Shown: positions 1 through 10,480 of the stretch, in pieces
How positions within the stretch are numbered: the stretch's first letter is position 1
Layout: each line of letters opens with the position of its first letter
Source: Minisyncoccota bacterium
Lineage (GTDB): Bacteria > Patescibacteriota > Minisyncoccia > Phycocordibacterales > CAIZLB01
Length of the DNA stretch: 50,306 bases
NCBI GenBank assembly: GCA_031973395.1
Contig: DALYDD010000001.1
Span: 10,894-61,199 of the forward strand
Reading direction: 5' to 3'
Notes under the pieces: model-generated
Told to the model about the DNA's origin: nothing
What the model saw: the letters and a program-made list of their open reading frames with translations, nothing else
The model's database searches: none
Translations under genes and position numbers: made by a program

Positions 1-263
1 AACAGGAACCGGCCGAGTGTTGGCATCACTCGCGCATCGTGAGAATGCTGCCAGTACGCATATTCATGACGATTTGCCCCGATGCCATTGCATAGATATC
101 CGTACAAGGCCTTGGACATCTTTGCTTTCCATCGATGCCCGATGAAAGGCCAGAGGACGATACGGGCTAAAAAACTGATGATGCGAATTCGGGCAATCTT
201 CACCGCATAGGGTCCGACAATGATAACAAAACGGTATGTGCCGTAGTGACACCTGATGTTCAT
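1..263 (-). CDS. hypothetical protein, N-terminal part only (ORF runs off the window start)
   Basis: Absent from the ORF track because it has no stop inside the window. ATG at 263-261 has AAGGA 5 nt upstream, followed by 87 sense codons with no stop down to position 1 (MNIRCHYGTYRFVIIVGPYAVKIARIR...). No family recognised. Confidence 0.4.
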   Translation of the reverse strand, partial: MNIRCHYGTYRFVIIVGPYAVKIARIRIISFLARIVLWPFIGHRWKAKMSKALYGYLCNGIGANRHEYAYWQHSHDARVMPTLGRFL

Positions 264-366
264 AGGAATCCTTTCTATGCCGAGCATTGCTCGGGCGGTT
301 GATGTTGAAATGTGAACGTGAGAACTTTTTTACTAGAGTATTCTTCACTCACCAGACTGTCAACTT

Positions 367-2184
367 TTATTCCCCGCTCTTCATCATTTTGAGAAAAACC
401 TCATGTGGAATATTCACATTCCCTTGGCCGCGTTCTTTCATTTTCTTTTTTCCTTTCTTTTGTTTTTCGAGCAACTTTTTCTTTCGAGTGATATCGCCTC
501 CGTATAAATATCCGGTCACGTCTTTTCGCATCGCAGACTTTGTGCGAGATGCAATGATTCGGCCATTAGCCTGCGCTTGGATTTTGGTCACAAACATTTG
601 CTGTGGCAAAACAGCATCCAGTCGATCTACTGCCTTGTTTGCTTCTTCATCGATTCGGCGCTCAGCAATTACTCTTGTAAAGGCTTCGACAGGTTCACCT
701 GCAACCAGAATGTCCATGCGAGTCACTTCTGCCTTTCTTAAGCTTTCAAATTCATATGATAAAGAGGCATAGCCCGAAGAAACACTCTTCAATTCATCAA
801 AAAAGTTTCGCATCAATTCTCGAAGCGGCATCTTGATCGTCATGCTGGTACGGCCATCACCAAACGTCTCTGAATCAACCATTTCTGCCTCATGATCATA
901 AAGTAATTGATATACTGCGCCAACATAACTTGCCGGAGAAATAACATTCACAGACATCCATGGCTCATGCACTTCGATATATTGTCCATGATCTGGAAAA
1001 AGAGACGGTGAATATACAGTCAGATGTTTGCCATCTTTTAATTTCACTTCATAGGTAATACTCGGGGTTGCGATGACAAGATTCAAATTAAATTCGCGCT
1101 TTAATCTTTCGGTGATAATTTCGAGATGGAGCAAACCAAGGAAGCCGCATCGGAAGCCACGGCCAAGAGAACCCGACGATTCTTCTTCATACGAAAAAGC
1201 GGAGTCAGATAATCGTAATCGCCCGAGTGCTTGTTTCAATAATTCAAAATCATCTGCGTCTTCTGGATAAACCGAAGCCCAAACCACGGGCGCAGGATTC
1301 ATATATCCATGGAGTTCAGGCATTGGCTTTCGAGCGAGCGTGATCGTATCTCCTACCGATGCGATACCAGGACGTTTGATGCCTGTCACAATATATCCGG
1401 TCTCTCCTGCAGTGAGCTGATCAATCGGTACATCATCAGGTGTAAAAATTCCAACTTCAAGTGCGGAGAATTTTTCATTAGCAATTTTAAATAAAAGATC
1501 ATCACCCTTTCTCACCGACCCTTCCATAACGCGAATATATACAATCACACCTTTATGGTTTGAATATTGAAAATCAAAAACAAGCGCGCGCAAACTATTT
1601 TGCTTTGCCACTTCTATATCTTCAACAGGAGCTGGAATTGTTTTAATAATTTCCTGAAGCAGGGCCTCAACACCTTGCCCTGTTTTTCCCGAAGTTGCCA
1701 TGATTGAATCTGCGTCACAATTCAAGAGCGTGACCATTTCTTTTTTAATATCATCAATGCGAGCAAGCGGAGAATCAACTTTACTCAGAACAGGAATGAT
1801 CGTGAGGCCGACCTCCTGTGCCATACGAAGCGTTGTCAGAGTCTGAGCTTGTACACCCTGCGTTGCATCAACGAGCAATATACAACCCTCGACAGCTTTC
1901 AAGGCACGAGATACTTCATATGAAAAGTCGATATGTCCGGGAGTATCGATGAGATTGAGTTCATACATCTCATTATCACTAGGATTTTTATAATGCATCT
2001 GCACCGGTCGCATCTTGATAGTGATCCCCTTTTCGCGCTCGAGTTCCATGCTGTCTAAAACCTGATCCATCATTTTGCGCTTTTCGATGGTATGCGTGAG
2101 TTCAAGCATACGATCGGCAAGCGTAGACTTACCATGATCGATATGGGCGATAATGCTGAAATTGCGGATATGAGAGAGTTTCAT
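367..2184 (-). CDS. lepA: translation elongation factor 4 (LepA)
   Basis: GTPase motifs AHIDHGKST and DTPGH, plus a LepA-type C-terminal region. ATG at 2184 gives MKLSHIRNFSIIAHIDHGKST, a typical LepA N-terminus. The track ORF extends to a GTG at 2208. Confidence 0.95.
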   Translation of the reverse strand: MKLSHIRNFSIIAHIDHGKSTLADRMLELTHTIEKRKMMDQVLDSMELEREKGITIKMRPVQMHYKNPSDNEMYELNLIDTPGHIDFSYEVSRALKAVEGCILLVDATQGVQAQTLTTLRMAQEVGLTIIPVLSKVDSPLARIDDIKKEMVTLLNCDADSIMATSGKTGQGVEALLQEIIKTIPAPVEDIEVAKQNSLRALVFDFQYSNHKGVIVYIRVMEGSVRKGDDLLFKIANEKFSALEVGIFTPDDVPIDQLTAGETGYIVTGIKRPGIASVGDTITLARKPMPELHGYMNPAPVVWASVYPEDADDFELLKQALGRLRLSDSAFSYEEESSGSLGRGFRCGFLGLLHLEIITERLKREFNLNLVIATPSITYEVKLKDGKHLTVYSPSLFPDHGQYIEVHEPWMSVNVISPASYVGAVYQLLYDHEAEMVDSETFGDGRTSMTIKMPLRELMRNFFDELKSVSSGYASLSYEFESLRKAEVTRMDILVAGEPVEAFTRVIAERRIDEEANKAVDRLDAVLPQQMFVTKIQAQANGRIIASRTKSAMRKDVTGYLYGGDITRKKKLLEKQKKGKKKMKERGQGNVNIPHEVFLKMMKSGE

Positions 2185-2295
2185 AAGGTAAGGGAGTGAA
2201 GCGAACACTTGTGTCGAGTACCCTCGACGAGGTTTCCCTACTATAACAGAAAAAAGCCCTATGTTAAGGCTTTTTTCTCATGATACTATGTAGCC

Positions 2296-3759
2296 ATGCG
2301 CCTTTCTGTATATAACTTCCTAGAGCTCATCGCTCCTGAAAACATTACCTCAATTTCAAACCCTAATCTATTAAAAGGGTTGGGGTTTGCCGCGACCACT
2401 ACCATAAATAGTATTCTTTCAAATGTTTCGATTGATAGCAGAAATATCACCGCCGAAAGCGTGTTCTTCGCCTTGCCCGGACATCACGTAGACGGACATC
2501 ACTATATTGCTGAGGCATATGACAATGGAGCGATTATTTGCATTGGCTCTTTATCATTAGCTGAATTAGGAGAAAAGAAATGGCTCAATATTGATGTGGA
2601 TATCAAAAATCATCCAGAGCGCGTTTACATCCAAGCCCTTGATCCCACCTCCCTCCTCCACCACATCGCCCAAAATTACCGAGAAAAATATCTGGATAAA
2701 ACCATCATCATTGGTGTCACGGGAAGTGCGGGCAAAACCACAACGAAGGACCTAATCGCCGGCGCATTACGAAGCCTAAAACCAAAAGCCACTGAAGGAA
2801 ATTTGAATAATCATTTTGGTGTACCGCTCACGCTTTTGTCGCTTAATCCCGAAGATGCATATGCCGTGCTTGAGGCTGGCATGAATCATAGAGGTGAAAT
2901 GCGCACACTGGCAGAAATGATGCATCCGGATATTGTAGTAATTACAAATATTGGTACTGCGCATATCGAACATTTGGAAACTCGGCAAGCAATCGCTGAC
3001 GAAAAAGCAGATCTGGCAATTTGTTCGAAGAGAATCACAACTGTCATCATGCCCAAGTTTGATGAATTTACTACATATATACAAAATAAAATTCCAAAGA
3101 CCGTACGTTTTATCGAAGCAGAGCCAATCGAACACATCCCTTTTGAAATCCAAACTCCAGGAAAGCATTCGATGAGTAATGCATGGCTTGCATATCATTG
3201 TGGTTTGTTATTTCAAATTCCATCAAAAGAAATTATTGCCGGCATCCAGAGCGCGAGCATAACGCCGAGAAGATTAGAGATCAGGGCGAAAGCGAATGAT
3301 GTGGTCATTATCGACGACACATACAATGCCAATCCCGACTCAATGCGCGCAGGCCTCTCCGTCTTGCAAGATTTCAGTTTTAAAAATATGGAAAAAGAGA
3401 AAGCGGAACATGGTGGACAAAGCCCGCTCCGCAAGATCGCCGTTCTCGGCGCTATGGGCGAACTCGGTTTTCATTCAAATAAGATGCATCGAGATATTAT
3501 GGTTTTTGCCAATTCCCTTTCCGATATCAATGAAATATTTTTGGTTGGCAAAGAAGCTGAGGCGTATATCGGTCATTCACAGCCACCTGAGCACGAGACC
3601 ACAAAAGAAATTCGTTATTTTGAAACCCACGAAGCTTGCTTGCAATACATCGAGACACATAAAAATAAGTATGCGCAGAACACTGTCTTTTTTGTAAAAG
3701 GAAGTAAGTTTACAAAAATGGGAATTATCGCAGATGCCTTACTTCGGATGTTTCATTAG
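2296..3759 (+). CDS. murF: UDP-N-acetylmuramoyl-tripeptide--D-alanyl-D-alanine ligase (MurF)
   Basis: Mur ligase P-loop GVTGSAGKTTTKD and C-terminal DDTYNANP motif. Length 487 aa. Confidence 0.9.
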   Translation: MRLSVYNFLELIAPENITSISNPNLLKGLGFAATTTINSILSNVSIDSRNITAESVFFALPGHHVDGHHYIAEAYDNGAIICIGSLSLAELGEKKWLNIDVDIKNHPERVYIQALDPTSLLHHIAQNYREKYLDKTIIIGVTGSAGKTTTKDLIAGALRSLKPKATEGNLNNHFGVPLTLLSLNPEDAYAVLEAGMNHRGEMRTLAEMMHPDIVVITNIGTAHIEHLETRQAIADEKADLAICSKRITTVIMPKFDEFTTYIQNKIPKTVRFIEAEPIEHIPFEIQTPGKHSMSNAWLAYHCGLLFQIPSKEIIAGIQSASITPRRLEIRAKANDVVIIDDTYNANPDSMRAGLSVLQDFSFKNMEKEKAEHGGQSPLRKIAVLGAMGELGFHSNKMHRDIMVFANSLSDINEIFLVGKEAEAYIGHSQPPEHETTKEIRYFETHEACLQYIETHKNKYAQNTVFFVKGSKFTKMGIIADALLRMFH

Positions 3760-3765
3760 CCTCAA

Positions 3766-5340
3766 TTAATTCCGCATATGTAAGGCCGCAGTGAACAAAT
3801 CCAAAATTCCATCAAACGATCCATTGCTCATCACGAGGACGACATCACCCGGCGCAATAATCTGCGCTGTAATTTTTACCAACTCCTCAGCCGTCTCGCT
3901 CAAATACACGGTTTTTCCAAGCGCTTCGGTTTCTCTTTTTATAATTTCTGGATTAAGAAGATCCTGCCCTGCATCCACCTCCTCACGATATGGAGGTACT
4001 TTGATTCCGATAATATCTGCCTGTGCTAATGCACCCGGATACGTATGTTCAAATAATTTTCGGCGGCTCGTATTAGAACGCGGCTCAAATAAGGCGACGA
4101 TGCGACGTCCCGGGAAACGATTACGAATACCTTTCAATGTTTCTGAAACCGCAGTTGGATGATGAGCAAAATCATCGATAATTGTTACGGCACCATCGGC
4201 AAACTTTCCAGAAGAGATTTCTTTTACAATTTCTTGTCGACGCTTCATGCCCGGGAAACTTGCGATTGCCTGTTTAACCTCATCGCTCTCAATATCCAAA
4301 CCAATCTGATGCAAAATTCCAAGAACCGCGACAGTGTTCAATGTATTATATTCTCCATACATAGGCGTCACATATTGACCCAAACTTTTTCCCTGCAAAA
4401 ACAATTCGAAATGCTGCCCGCTCGCATCTACGGTACCAAGTACCGGACGAATATCTGCTTTTTCATCCAGACCGTATACCAGGATTTGTGCTGAAGTTTT
4501 TTGGCCAGCTTTTGCCGCAGCAATGAGCTGATTTAATAATGGATATGTATCGGAGACAACCAAACCTTTGCGAGTAACTTCGATCAAATGTTCGAATGCT
4601 TTTCCATATGTCTCAATGTCTGGATAAATATCAATATGATCCCATTCTGCTGAAGTGATAATTGCATAGGCCGGACGATAATGTAAAAACTTTGGTCGCG
4701 CATCAAAATACGCAGTGTCGTATTCATCTCCTTCGAAAACCGTATAATGACCCTTACCCACTTGATGACTTGTTCCCTCTTTGCCCATTTTTGTTTGCAC
4801 GACACCACCAATCAAATATGTAGGATCTTTTCCGAGTGCAGTTAATGTATGAGAGAGCAATCCCGTTGTAGTTGTTTTTCCATGCGTACCAGCCACAACC
4901 AGACTTTCTCGCTCCTCACCTACATAATATTCACCCATCAATTCTGGCATGGACATGAGCGGTTTCTTTTTTTCAATTGCTGCCATAACTTCTACATGCT
5001 GCGGACCACAAGCATTGCCGACAATAACAAGATCAACATCGTCAGAGATATGCACAGGATCCCATCCTTCCTGAATTTCTACGCCTTTTGATTTAAGCAA
5101 AGGGCCCATCGGCGGCCAAAAAGAAACGTCAGAACCTGTCACATGAAAACCAGAATCGCGAAGCATGAGGGCAAAAGTTCCCATCGCCGTCCCAGAAACT
5201 GCGATGATATGAATATGTTTTAGATTTTTGAGACCATCTCCGCCTAGTTTTATACGATCAAAAAAACGCAGCTCGGGGTGCGCCTTGGTGTGCAACTTTG
5301 CATCATAATATTCATTGAACATTTCTTGTGAGAATGACAT
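3766..5340 (-). CDS. mpl: UDP-N-acetylmuramate:L-alanyl-gamma-D-glutamyl-meso-DAP ligase (Mpl-like Mur ligase)
   Basis: IIAVSGTAMG...VTGSD..FWPPMG N-terminus, GTHGKTTTT P-loop, and DDFAHHPTA...EPRSNTS plus VMSNGSFDG C-terminus resemble Mpl more than MurC. Start chosen at ATG 5340; the track ORF starts at 5403. Confidence 0.8.
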   Translation of the reverse strand: MSFSQEMFNEYYDAKLHTKAHPELRFFDRIKLGGDGLKNLKHIHIIAVSGTAMGTFALMLRDSGFHVTGSDVSFWPPMGPLLKSKGVEIQEGWDPVHISDDVDLVIVGNACGPQHVEVMAAIEKKKPLMSMPELMGEYYVGEERESLVVAGTHGKTTTTGLLSHTLTALGKDPTYLIGGVVQTKMGKEGTSHQVGKGHYTVFEGDEYDTAYFDARPKFLHYRPAYAIITSAEWDHIDIYPDIETYGKAFEHLIEVTRKGLVVSDTYPLLNQLIAAAKAGQKTSAQILVYGLDEKADIRPVLGTVDASGQHFELFLQGKSLGQYVTPMYGEYNTLNTVAVLGILHQIGLDIESDEVKQAIASFPGMKRRQEIVKEISSGKFADGAVTIIDDFAHHPTAVSETLKGIRNRFPGRRIVALFEPRSNTSRRKLFEHTYPGALAQADIIGIKVPPYREEVDAGQDLLNPEIIKRETEALGKTVYLSETAEELVKITAQIIAPGDVVLVMSNGSFDGILDLFTAALHMRN

Positions 5341-5432
5341 GCGGATACTATAGCAGATGAGTTCCTGGATGGGAATAAATGAAATCCAGACGCCATTGCA
5401 CACCTGCTTATTCCTCTTCTATTTATTGGTTT

Positions 5433-5478
5433 AAAATCTCTCGCGAGATTTTAAAACGCGCCCCGTTGCAGGAGCGCG
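5433..5478 (-). terminator. two adjacent hairpins downstream of the serine hydrolase gene
   Basis: CGCGC(5457-5461)/GCGCG(5474-5478) stem followed on the minus strand by TTTT, then AAAATCTC(5433-5440)/GAGATTTT(5445-5452). Confidence 0.35.
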
Positions 5479-5502
5479 CTCGTTGTCGACGTCGTAGCGA
5501 AA

Positions 5503-6654
5503 TCACTTGATCTTCGCAGGTTTGTTCCAAAGCAATTTGGCATCGCTCGGGCATTCCCCTGAAAGTAAGCTCATTGCAACCGCATAACGAAATCGATTTA
5601 TCCACTGGGAATTCCCAGTTCTCTTTGGATGGACGTAGTTTGTTAGACTGACGACGGCAGTGTCCAAGACTGGGAAAGCAGCGACCTGTACTCCAGTGAA
5701 ACCATTTTTGAAGATGGCGCCAGCAGAGTAACGAGGATGAATGCTTTCCATTACCCTCGTCATCGGATCATAGCCAGACGCGAACTCGGGCCATATCCCA
5801 AAACCAACACCGAACTCGAGGCCCGTCTGGAATTGGTTTTGACCCATCAGATCGAAGAACCTTTCGGCAATGATTTGCTGACTACCGATCGCACCTTTAT
5901 TCAAGATGAAACGCAGAAGTCGAAGCAAATCCGTACATGTCGCGAAGAGCCCAGCAGCTCCCAGCAGATCATTATTGCGAGTCAGTTCATCGTGCACAAT
6001 GCCATACAGAGGCCTCCCACTATCACCGATTTCAGTGGCAACCACTTTGTCGATGTATTGAGGAGGATTAAAAGTCGCATTCACCCACAGGGGAGCAAAC
6101 AAAACTTTTTGTGTGAGATCAACGAGTGACATCCCTGTCACTTCCTCCAGGATCTGAGCCAGGAGAATTGGTTGATAATTTCCATAGTGCAATTCGCCAC
6201 CAACAGTGACATGCGAAGTGATGATCTTGTGAAGCGCTTCGCCGGGTGCGAATTTGTACGGCTTCTTGAGTTCATCACGATGCAGACGCATGCGGTACGT
6301 CAGTAAGTCCAACACAGTCGGCTCCGTCGAATCAGTTGGTTGAAGTCCCGGAAAGAATTGCCTGATTGGAGTTTCCAATGTAAGCAAACCTTCATGAACC
6401 GCCCAAAAGACGAGAAGTGCGACCGGTAGACTTTTTGTCACAGACGCGACGTCAAAAAGAGAATTTTCATGAGTGGATACAACAGGGTCCCCAGGCAATG
6501 AGGAGTGTCGACCGAAATAGCGAGTGAATACAGAGTCTCCTTTCACGATCCCGAATGCTCCAGCGCTAAAATGCGTCCGAGCAATACAGGCTTGAGTAAA
6601 GAGAACACTTGGATCCACCAATTTCGGATTTGGTGCATAGTATAGCTTTTTCAT
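5503..6654 (-). CDS. serine hydrolase, beta-lactamase/DD-peptidase family
   Basis: SxxK active-site motif (ASVTKS) about 70 aa from the N-terminus. The 383-aa length is typical of class C beta-lactamase-like proteins. Confidence 0.85.
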   Translation of the reverse strand: MKKLYYAPNPKLVDPSVLFTQACIARTHFSAGAFGIVKGDSVFTRYFGRHSSLPGDPVVSTHENSLFDVASVTKSLPVALLVFWAVHEGLLTLETPIRQFFPGLQPTDSTEPTVLDLLTYRMRLHRDELKKPYKFAPGEALHKIITSHVTVGGELHYGNYQPILLAQILEEVTGMSLVDLTQKVLFAPLWVNATFNPPQYIDKVVATEIGDSGRPLYGIVHDELTRNNDLLGAAGLFATCTDLLRLLRFILNKGAIGSQQIIAERFFDLMGQNQFQTGLEFGVGFGIWPEFASGYDPMTRVMESIHPRYSAGAIFKNGFTGVQVAAFPVLDTAVVSLTNYVHPKRTGNSQWINRFRYAVAMSLLSGECPSDAKLLWNKPAKIK

Positions 6655-6715
6655 AGCAGGAACCTCCTGCCCACAAGGATACTAGATAAAGAGAATATGA
6701 CAATCAGACAGCGGA

Positions 6716-7411
6716 TTATGCGTGTCGATTATGTCTTTCCTCTTGTACCACCCCATCTTTCATTACCAAAATACGATCAGCTGCGCTTGTATATTCTTCT
6801 TCATGCGTCACCATCACAATCGTCTGACCTTTTTTATGTAAATCTGAAAAAATATCCAGAATCATGCGCGAACTTTCGGTATCCAGGTTTGCGGTCGGTT
6901 CATCGGCAAAAATTATCTTTGGCGAATGGGCGATGGCTCTTGCAATTGAAACGCGTTGCTGTTGTCCTCCAGAAAGTTTCGCTGGCAAATTATTAAATTT
7001 GTCCCCAAGACCAACTTTAGTGAGTGCCTCCTCTGCCATTTCATATGCATGCTTTGTTGTGTTCCCTTGCATAAGCAAAGGTACCGCAACATTTTCTCTC
7101 GCAGTTAAGTCAGGAAGCAAGGCATAATCTTGAAAAACATAACCAAGTGAATCGAGTCGGTATTTTGTTTTTTCATCATTAGAAAGTGTATGTGTATGCA
7201 CACCATTAATAACCACCTCTCCACTTGTCGGCTCATCCAAAAGACCCAACTGATATAAAAGTGTACTTTTTCCTGCACCGGATCGACCGATCACAGCGAC
7301 AAACTCCCCTTCTTTGATTTCCAAATCAATATCTCGCAGAACGCGTGTGACGCGATCACCGTCAGTGAATGTTTTTACTAGATTTTTTGTTTGAATGATT
7401 GGAGTGTTCAT
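6716..7411 (-). CDS. ABC transporter ATP-binding protein (MacB/LolD-type)
   Basis: Walker A GRSGAGKST, signature LSGGQQQRVSIARA, Walker B IIFADEPT. Confidence 0.93.
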   Translation of the reverse strand: MNTPIIQTKNLVKTFTDGDRVTRVLRDIDLEIKEGEFVAVIGRSGAGKSTLLYQLGLLDEPTSGEVVINGVHTHTLSNDEKTKYRLDSLGYVFQDYALLPDLTARENVAVPLLMQGNTTKHAYEMAEEALTKVGLGDKFNNLPAKLSGGQQQRVSIARAIAHSPKIIFADEPTANLDTESSRMILDIFSDLHKKGQTIVMVTHEEEYTSAADRILVMKDGVVQEERHNRHA

Positions 7412-7511
7412 AAAATTTTTCGTAAGGAAAATTTTTAAATATTAGTTTTTGATTTAGTAATTAGTTGGATTTCTCTTTTCTGTTTTTGGATAAAATTTTC
7501 TCTCGAAAATT

Positions 7512-8768
7512 TTAGCGACCCAAAATAGCATCAAGTGTATTTCTTTTTACAATCATGCGCGCTGGAATGAAGCCTGCGATGACGGATGCGATAAATAATG
7601 CGATGACGCGAGCGATCGACCCGCCAAGCGGTGCATACAAAATACCATCACTAAATGGAAAGTTGATTGGATGGGCATCGATGAATGGTACAAGGAATCC
7701 ATAGAGAACCACCATACCGATCGCCGATCCAATAATCGCATAAAAGACCGATTGGAACACATACGAATATTCGATAGCTTTCGAATGCACACCAATACCC
7801 TTTAGGATTCCAATGAATTTACGACGTGTAATGGCATTTACGAAGACCACAATAAATACCGTGATTGATGCCACAACAAGTCCGATCGAACCAATCATGT
7901 TTCCAAGCAGGCTGAACATGGCTTGGATATCTTTGAGGAACTTCGGCTGAGCCTCCTCAAATGTTTGAATCTTTGCATCGCCATCAAACCCATTGTGAAG
8001 CAAAACGCTTTTCACTTCCAAAATTTCCGAGTTAGGTGCATTCGGGGCGAGCTTCACCGCAATTTCATCGAGATTATAATCCGAGCGGCCGATCAATTTG
8101 CGAAGCTCTGACTGATTCATAATAACTCGAGCATCGATCTGATCGATTTTTGATTTCATGATACCGCGAATCACCACCTCTTTTGAATTTTTACCCACCT
8201 TCAAATTAACTTTTTGCCCGATAGTGATATTTCGTAATTGTTCCAAGCCTGGTGCGTCAATTGGAGTGAGTTCATTGATAAGAAATGCTCCGACCAACAC
8301 TCCATCGCGGTCGTTTTCATCAAGATACAATCCTTCCACTACGAATTTCGACAAGCCAGTAATTTCATCTTCGCGAAGCGGATTAATTCCAGCAATACTT
8401 GCCCCTGCAGCATTCGGCGTTTCATCATCACGCAAAATTCTTCGATAATCTGCATTCAATCGACCACCAGCAATAATTCGTCCAGTCACACTTTCTACTT
8501 GAGGCAAATTATTGAGAACACTCAAAATTTCATTTGAATGTTCGATATATGGATTTTGGCGCAAACTAGTGATGATAATATCTCCAGAATATCTTTCTCG
8601 CGCCGCTTCAACTGAACTTTGAATCAAACCGACCAGAACTCCGCTCACCACAGTGAGGTTCAAAAACGTCAAAGTCATGATGAGAATAATAAGTCCGGTA
8701 GTCCAAATACTGGCATGCTTTATTTGTCTGAGAGCTAGATAGAATGCGACGCGAAGATGGTTTTTCAT
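7512..8768 (-). CDS. ABC transporter permease, FtsX/MacB-type
   Basis: One N-terminal TM helix, a large extracytoplasmic domain and three C-terminal TM helices. Sits between the adaptor and the ATPase. Confidence 0.85.
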   Translation of the reverse strand: MKNHLRVAFYLALRQIKHASIWTTGLIILIMTLTFLNLTVVSGVLVGLIQSSVEAARERYSGDIIITSLRQNPYIEHSNEILSVLNNLPQVESVTGRIIAGGRLNADYRRILRDDETPNAAGASIAGINPLREDEITGLSKFVVEGLYLDENDRDGVLVGAFLINELTPIDAPGLEQLRNITIGQKVNLKVGKNSKEVVIRGIMKSKIDQIDARVIMNQSELRKLIGRSDYNLDEIAVKLAPNAPNSEILEVKSVLLHNGFDGDAKIQTFEEAQPKFLKDIQAMFSLLGNMIGSIGLVVASITVFIVVFVNAITRRKFIGILKGIGVHSKAIEYSYVFQSVFYAIIGSAIGMVVLYGFLVPFIDAHPINFPFSDGILYAPLGGSIARVIALFIASVIAGFIPARMIVKRNTLDAILGR

Positions 8769-8808
8769 AAGGAATGATGTGACTGATTTTTGAGCTGATG
8801 ATTACAGA

Positions 8809-10455
8809 TTATTTTGTTACGGCTTTCGGTACGCGAACAATTATTTTATCCTGTGCAGAAATACCAGAAACAATTTCAATATCACCATTTCGATCAATAC
8901 CACCCGTGGTCACAGGAACAAGTGTTGCTTTACCATCAACTTCTTTGCTCCATTCTACAGATCCAGCCGGAGCAACCTTTACATGCTTTTTCCCTTTTTC
9001 AAGAACGATTGCTGACTGTGGTACTTTTACTACATCCATTCGACGATCTGTTTCTACAATGACATTGGCCGTGAGACCAGATTTGATTCGCTCATCTTGG
9101 CTTATAAATTGCAAACGAGTTCGATATGTCACAACACCATCTTTGATCGTTTCAGATAAATCTACCAAACTCACAGCCGCATCGAATATAACAGCATCGC
9201 CCAAAGCATCTAGGGTCACTTTAGCATTTTGCCCTACCCTCAATTTCGGAACATCATTTTCAGAAACATATGTTTCGATTTCAAATGCAGCATCGCTCAT
9301 GAGAGTAATGACAGGTGTCGCCGCACTTACCGATTCACCGGTCTTATACTCAACCCTTGTCACAATTCCATCAAAAGGTGCGACAATAATTGTTTTACTC
9401 AGTGATGCGGAAGCGCTTGAGATACCCGCCGCAGCGCTTTGTGCCTGTGCACGCTGAGCAGCAATTTCTTCTGCTGTGCTTCCAGATTGTTTTAATGTCA
9501 GTTGCTCTTTTGCACGGACCAAGCTGGATTGATTATTTTTCAAAGTATTTACCGCAGTATTCAATGCCTGAACCGCACTGTTTACACTCGTTCTTGCTGC
9601 AATGATGCCGGTTCGGTAAGTAGCCATGCTCGGATCATTGTTTAGGTTCTCACCCATTGAAGTCATGGCAACATTCAAATCATTGAGGAAAGTCTGAGTT
9701 GCAGTTACATATTTCTTTGCCTCTGCAATTTTCGAATCGTCGATAGTCGCCGGCGTAAGTGTAGTTACCAATTTTTGCCAAACAGGAAATTGTTCTGTGA
9801 GACGGAGGCGCTGCGATTCAACCGAATCTTGCAATCGCGGATTTTGATCGACAAAGAATCTCAACTCCGGATTAACACTTTGTGGTGAATTGAAAACTTG
9901 GTCCGCTTGATTTTTTACCGCGTCTTCAGATAGTGCATACGAATCTTTTGTCTCTTCAATCACCGCCAAAATCGCTTGATCTACATTTTGTTGCGCGAGC
10001 TGTACATCAGATTGCGCAATGGCAATTTCTTGGGGACGTGCACCACGCTGGAGCTCAGCTAATCGCGCCTGCTCACTCTGATAGCTTGCCTGACTTTTAA
10101 CCACACTCGCCTGATAGTCAGCATTTGAAAGTCTCGCCAATGATTTACCTTTCTTTACTCTATCCCCCACCTTTACCTCTACCGAGGCCAATCGGCCAGA
10201 TGTCTCAAATCCCATATCCACTTTTTGGGCTGGAGTCACTTTTCCAGTCACAGAAACTTCTTGGACGAATTCTCCTTTCTCTACAATCTTCAATTCATAT
10301 GTATCAGCAGATGCACCGCCGCCCATACTCATCAAAAGCGCGACGATGATCACAATCGCGGAAACCCAAATACGCTTTTTCTTTTTATTTGTCCAGATAT
10401 ACGTAAAAAGGCTTTTTATTTTGTCGAAGAAGTTTTTGATTTTATTTTTGATCAT
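8809..10455 (-). CDS. HlyD/MacA-family periplasmic adaptor
   Basis: N-terminal membrane anchor, long coiled-coil segment rich in A/Q/L, beta-rich C-terminus. First gene of an adaptor-permease-ATPase operon. Confidence 0.8.
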   Translation of the reverse strand: MIKNKIKNFFDKIKSLFTYIWTNKKKKRIWVSAIVIIVALLMSMGGGASADTYELKIVEKGEFVQEVSVTGKVTPAQKVDMGFETSGRLASVEVKVGDRVKKGKSLARLSNADYQASVVKSQASYQSEQARLAELQRGARPQEIAIAQSDVQLAQQNVDQAILAVIEETKDSYALSEDAVKNQADQVFNSPQSVNPELRFFVDQNPRLQDSVESQRLRLTEQFPVWQKLVTTLTPATIDDSKIAEAKKYVTATQTFLNDLNVAMTSMGENLNNDPSMATYRTGIIAARTSVNSAVQALNTAVNTLKNNQSSLVRAKEQLTLKQSGSTAEEIAAQRAQAQSAAAGISSASASLSKTIIVAPFDGIVTRVEYKTGESVSAATPVITLMSDAAFEIETYVSENDVPKLRVGQNAKVTLDALGDAVIFDAAVSLVDLSETIKDGVVTYRTRLQFISQDERIKSGLTANVIVETDRRMDVVKVPQSAIVLEKGKKHVKVAPAGSVEWSKEVDGKATLVPVTTGGIDRNGDIEIVSGISAQDKIIVRVPKAVTK

Positions 10456-10480
10456 GGGTTTAGGTTTATGAACTTATGGA

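Noticed and set aside
64-348. 94-aa minus-strand ORF from the track
   Set aside because: It has no ribosome-binding context and its composition looks like an out-of-frame reading. A different frame starting at 263 is open to the window edge and has an AAGGA box, so I prefer that one.
2254-2279. AAAAAAGCC...GGCTTTTTT hairpin between divergent lepA and murF as a terminator
   Set aside because: It has only 3 G:C pairs and sits in a divergent promoter region where no transcript needs terminating. It is more likely chance A/T symmetry.
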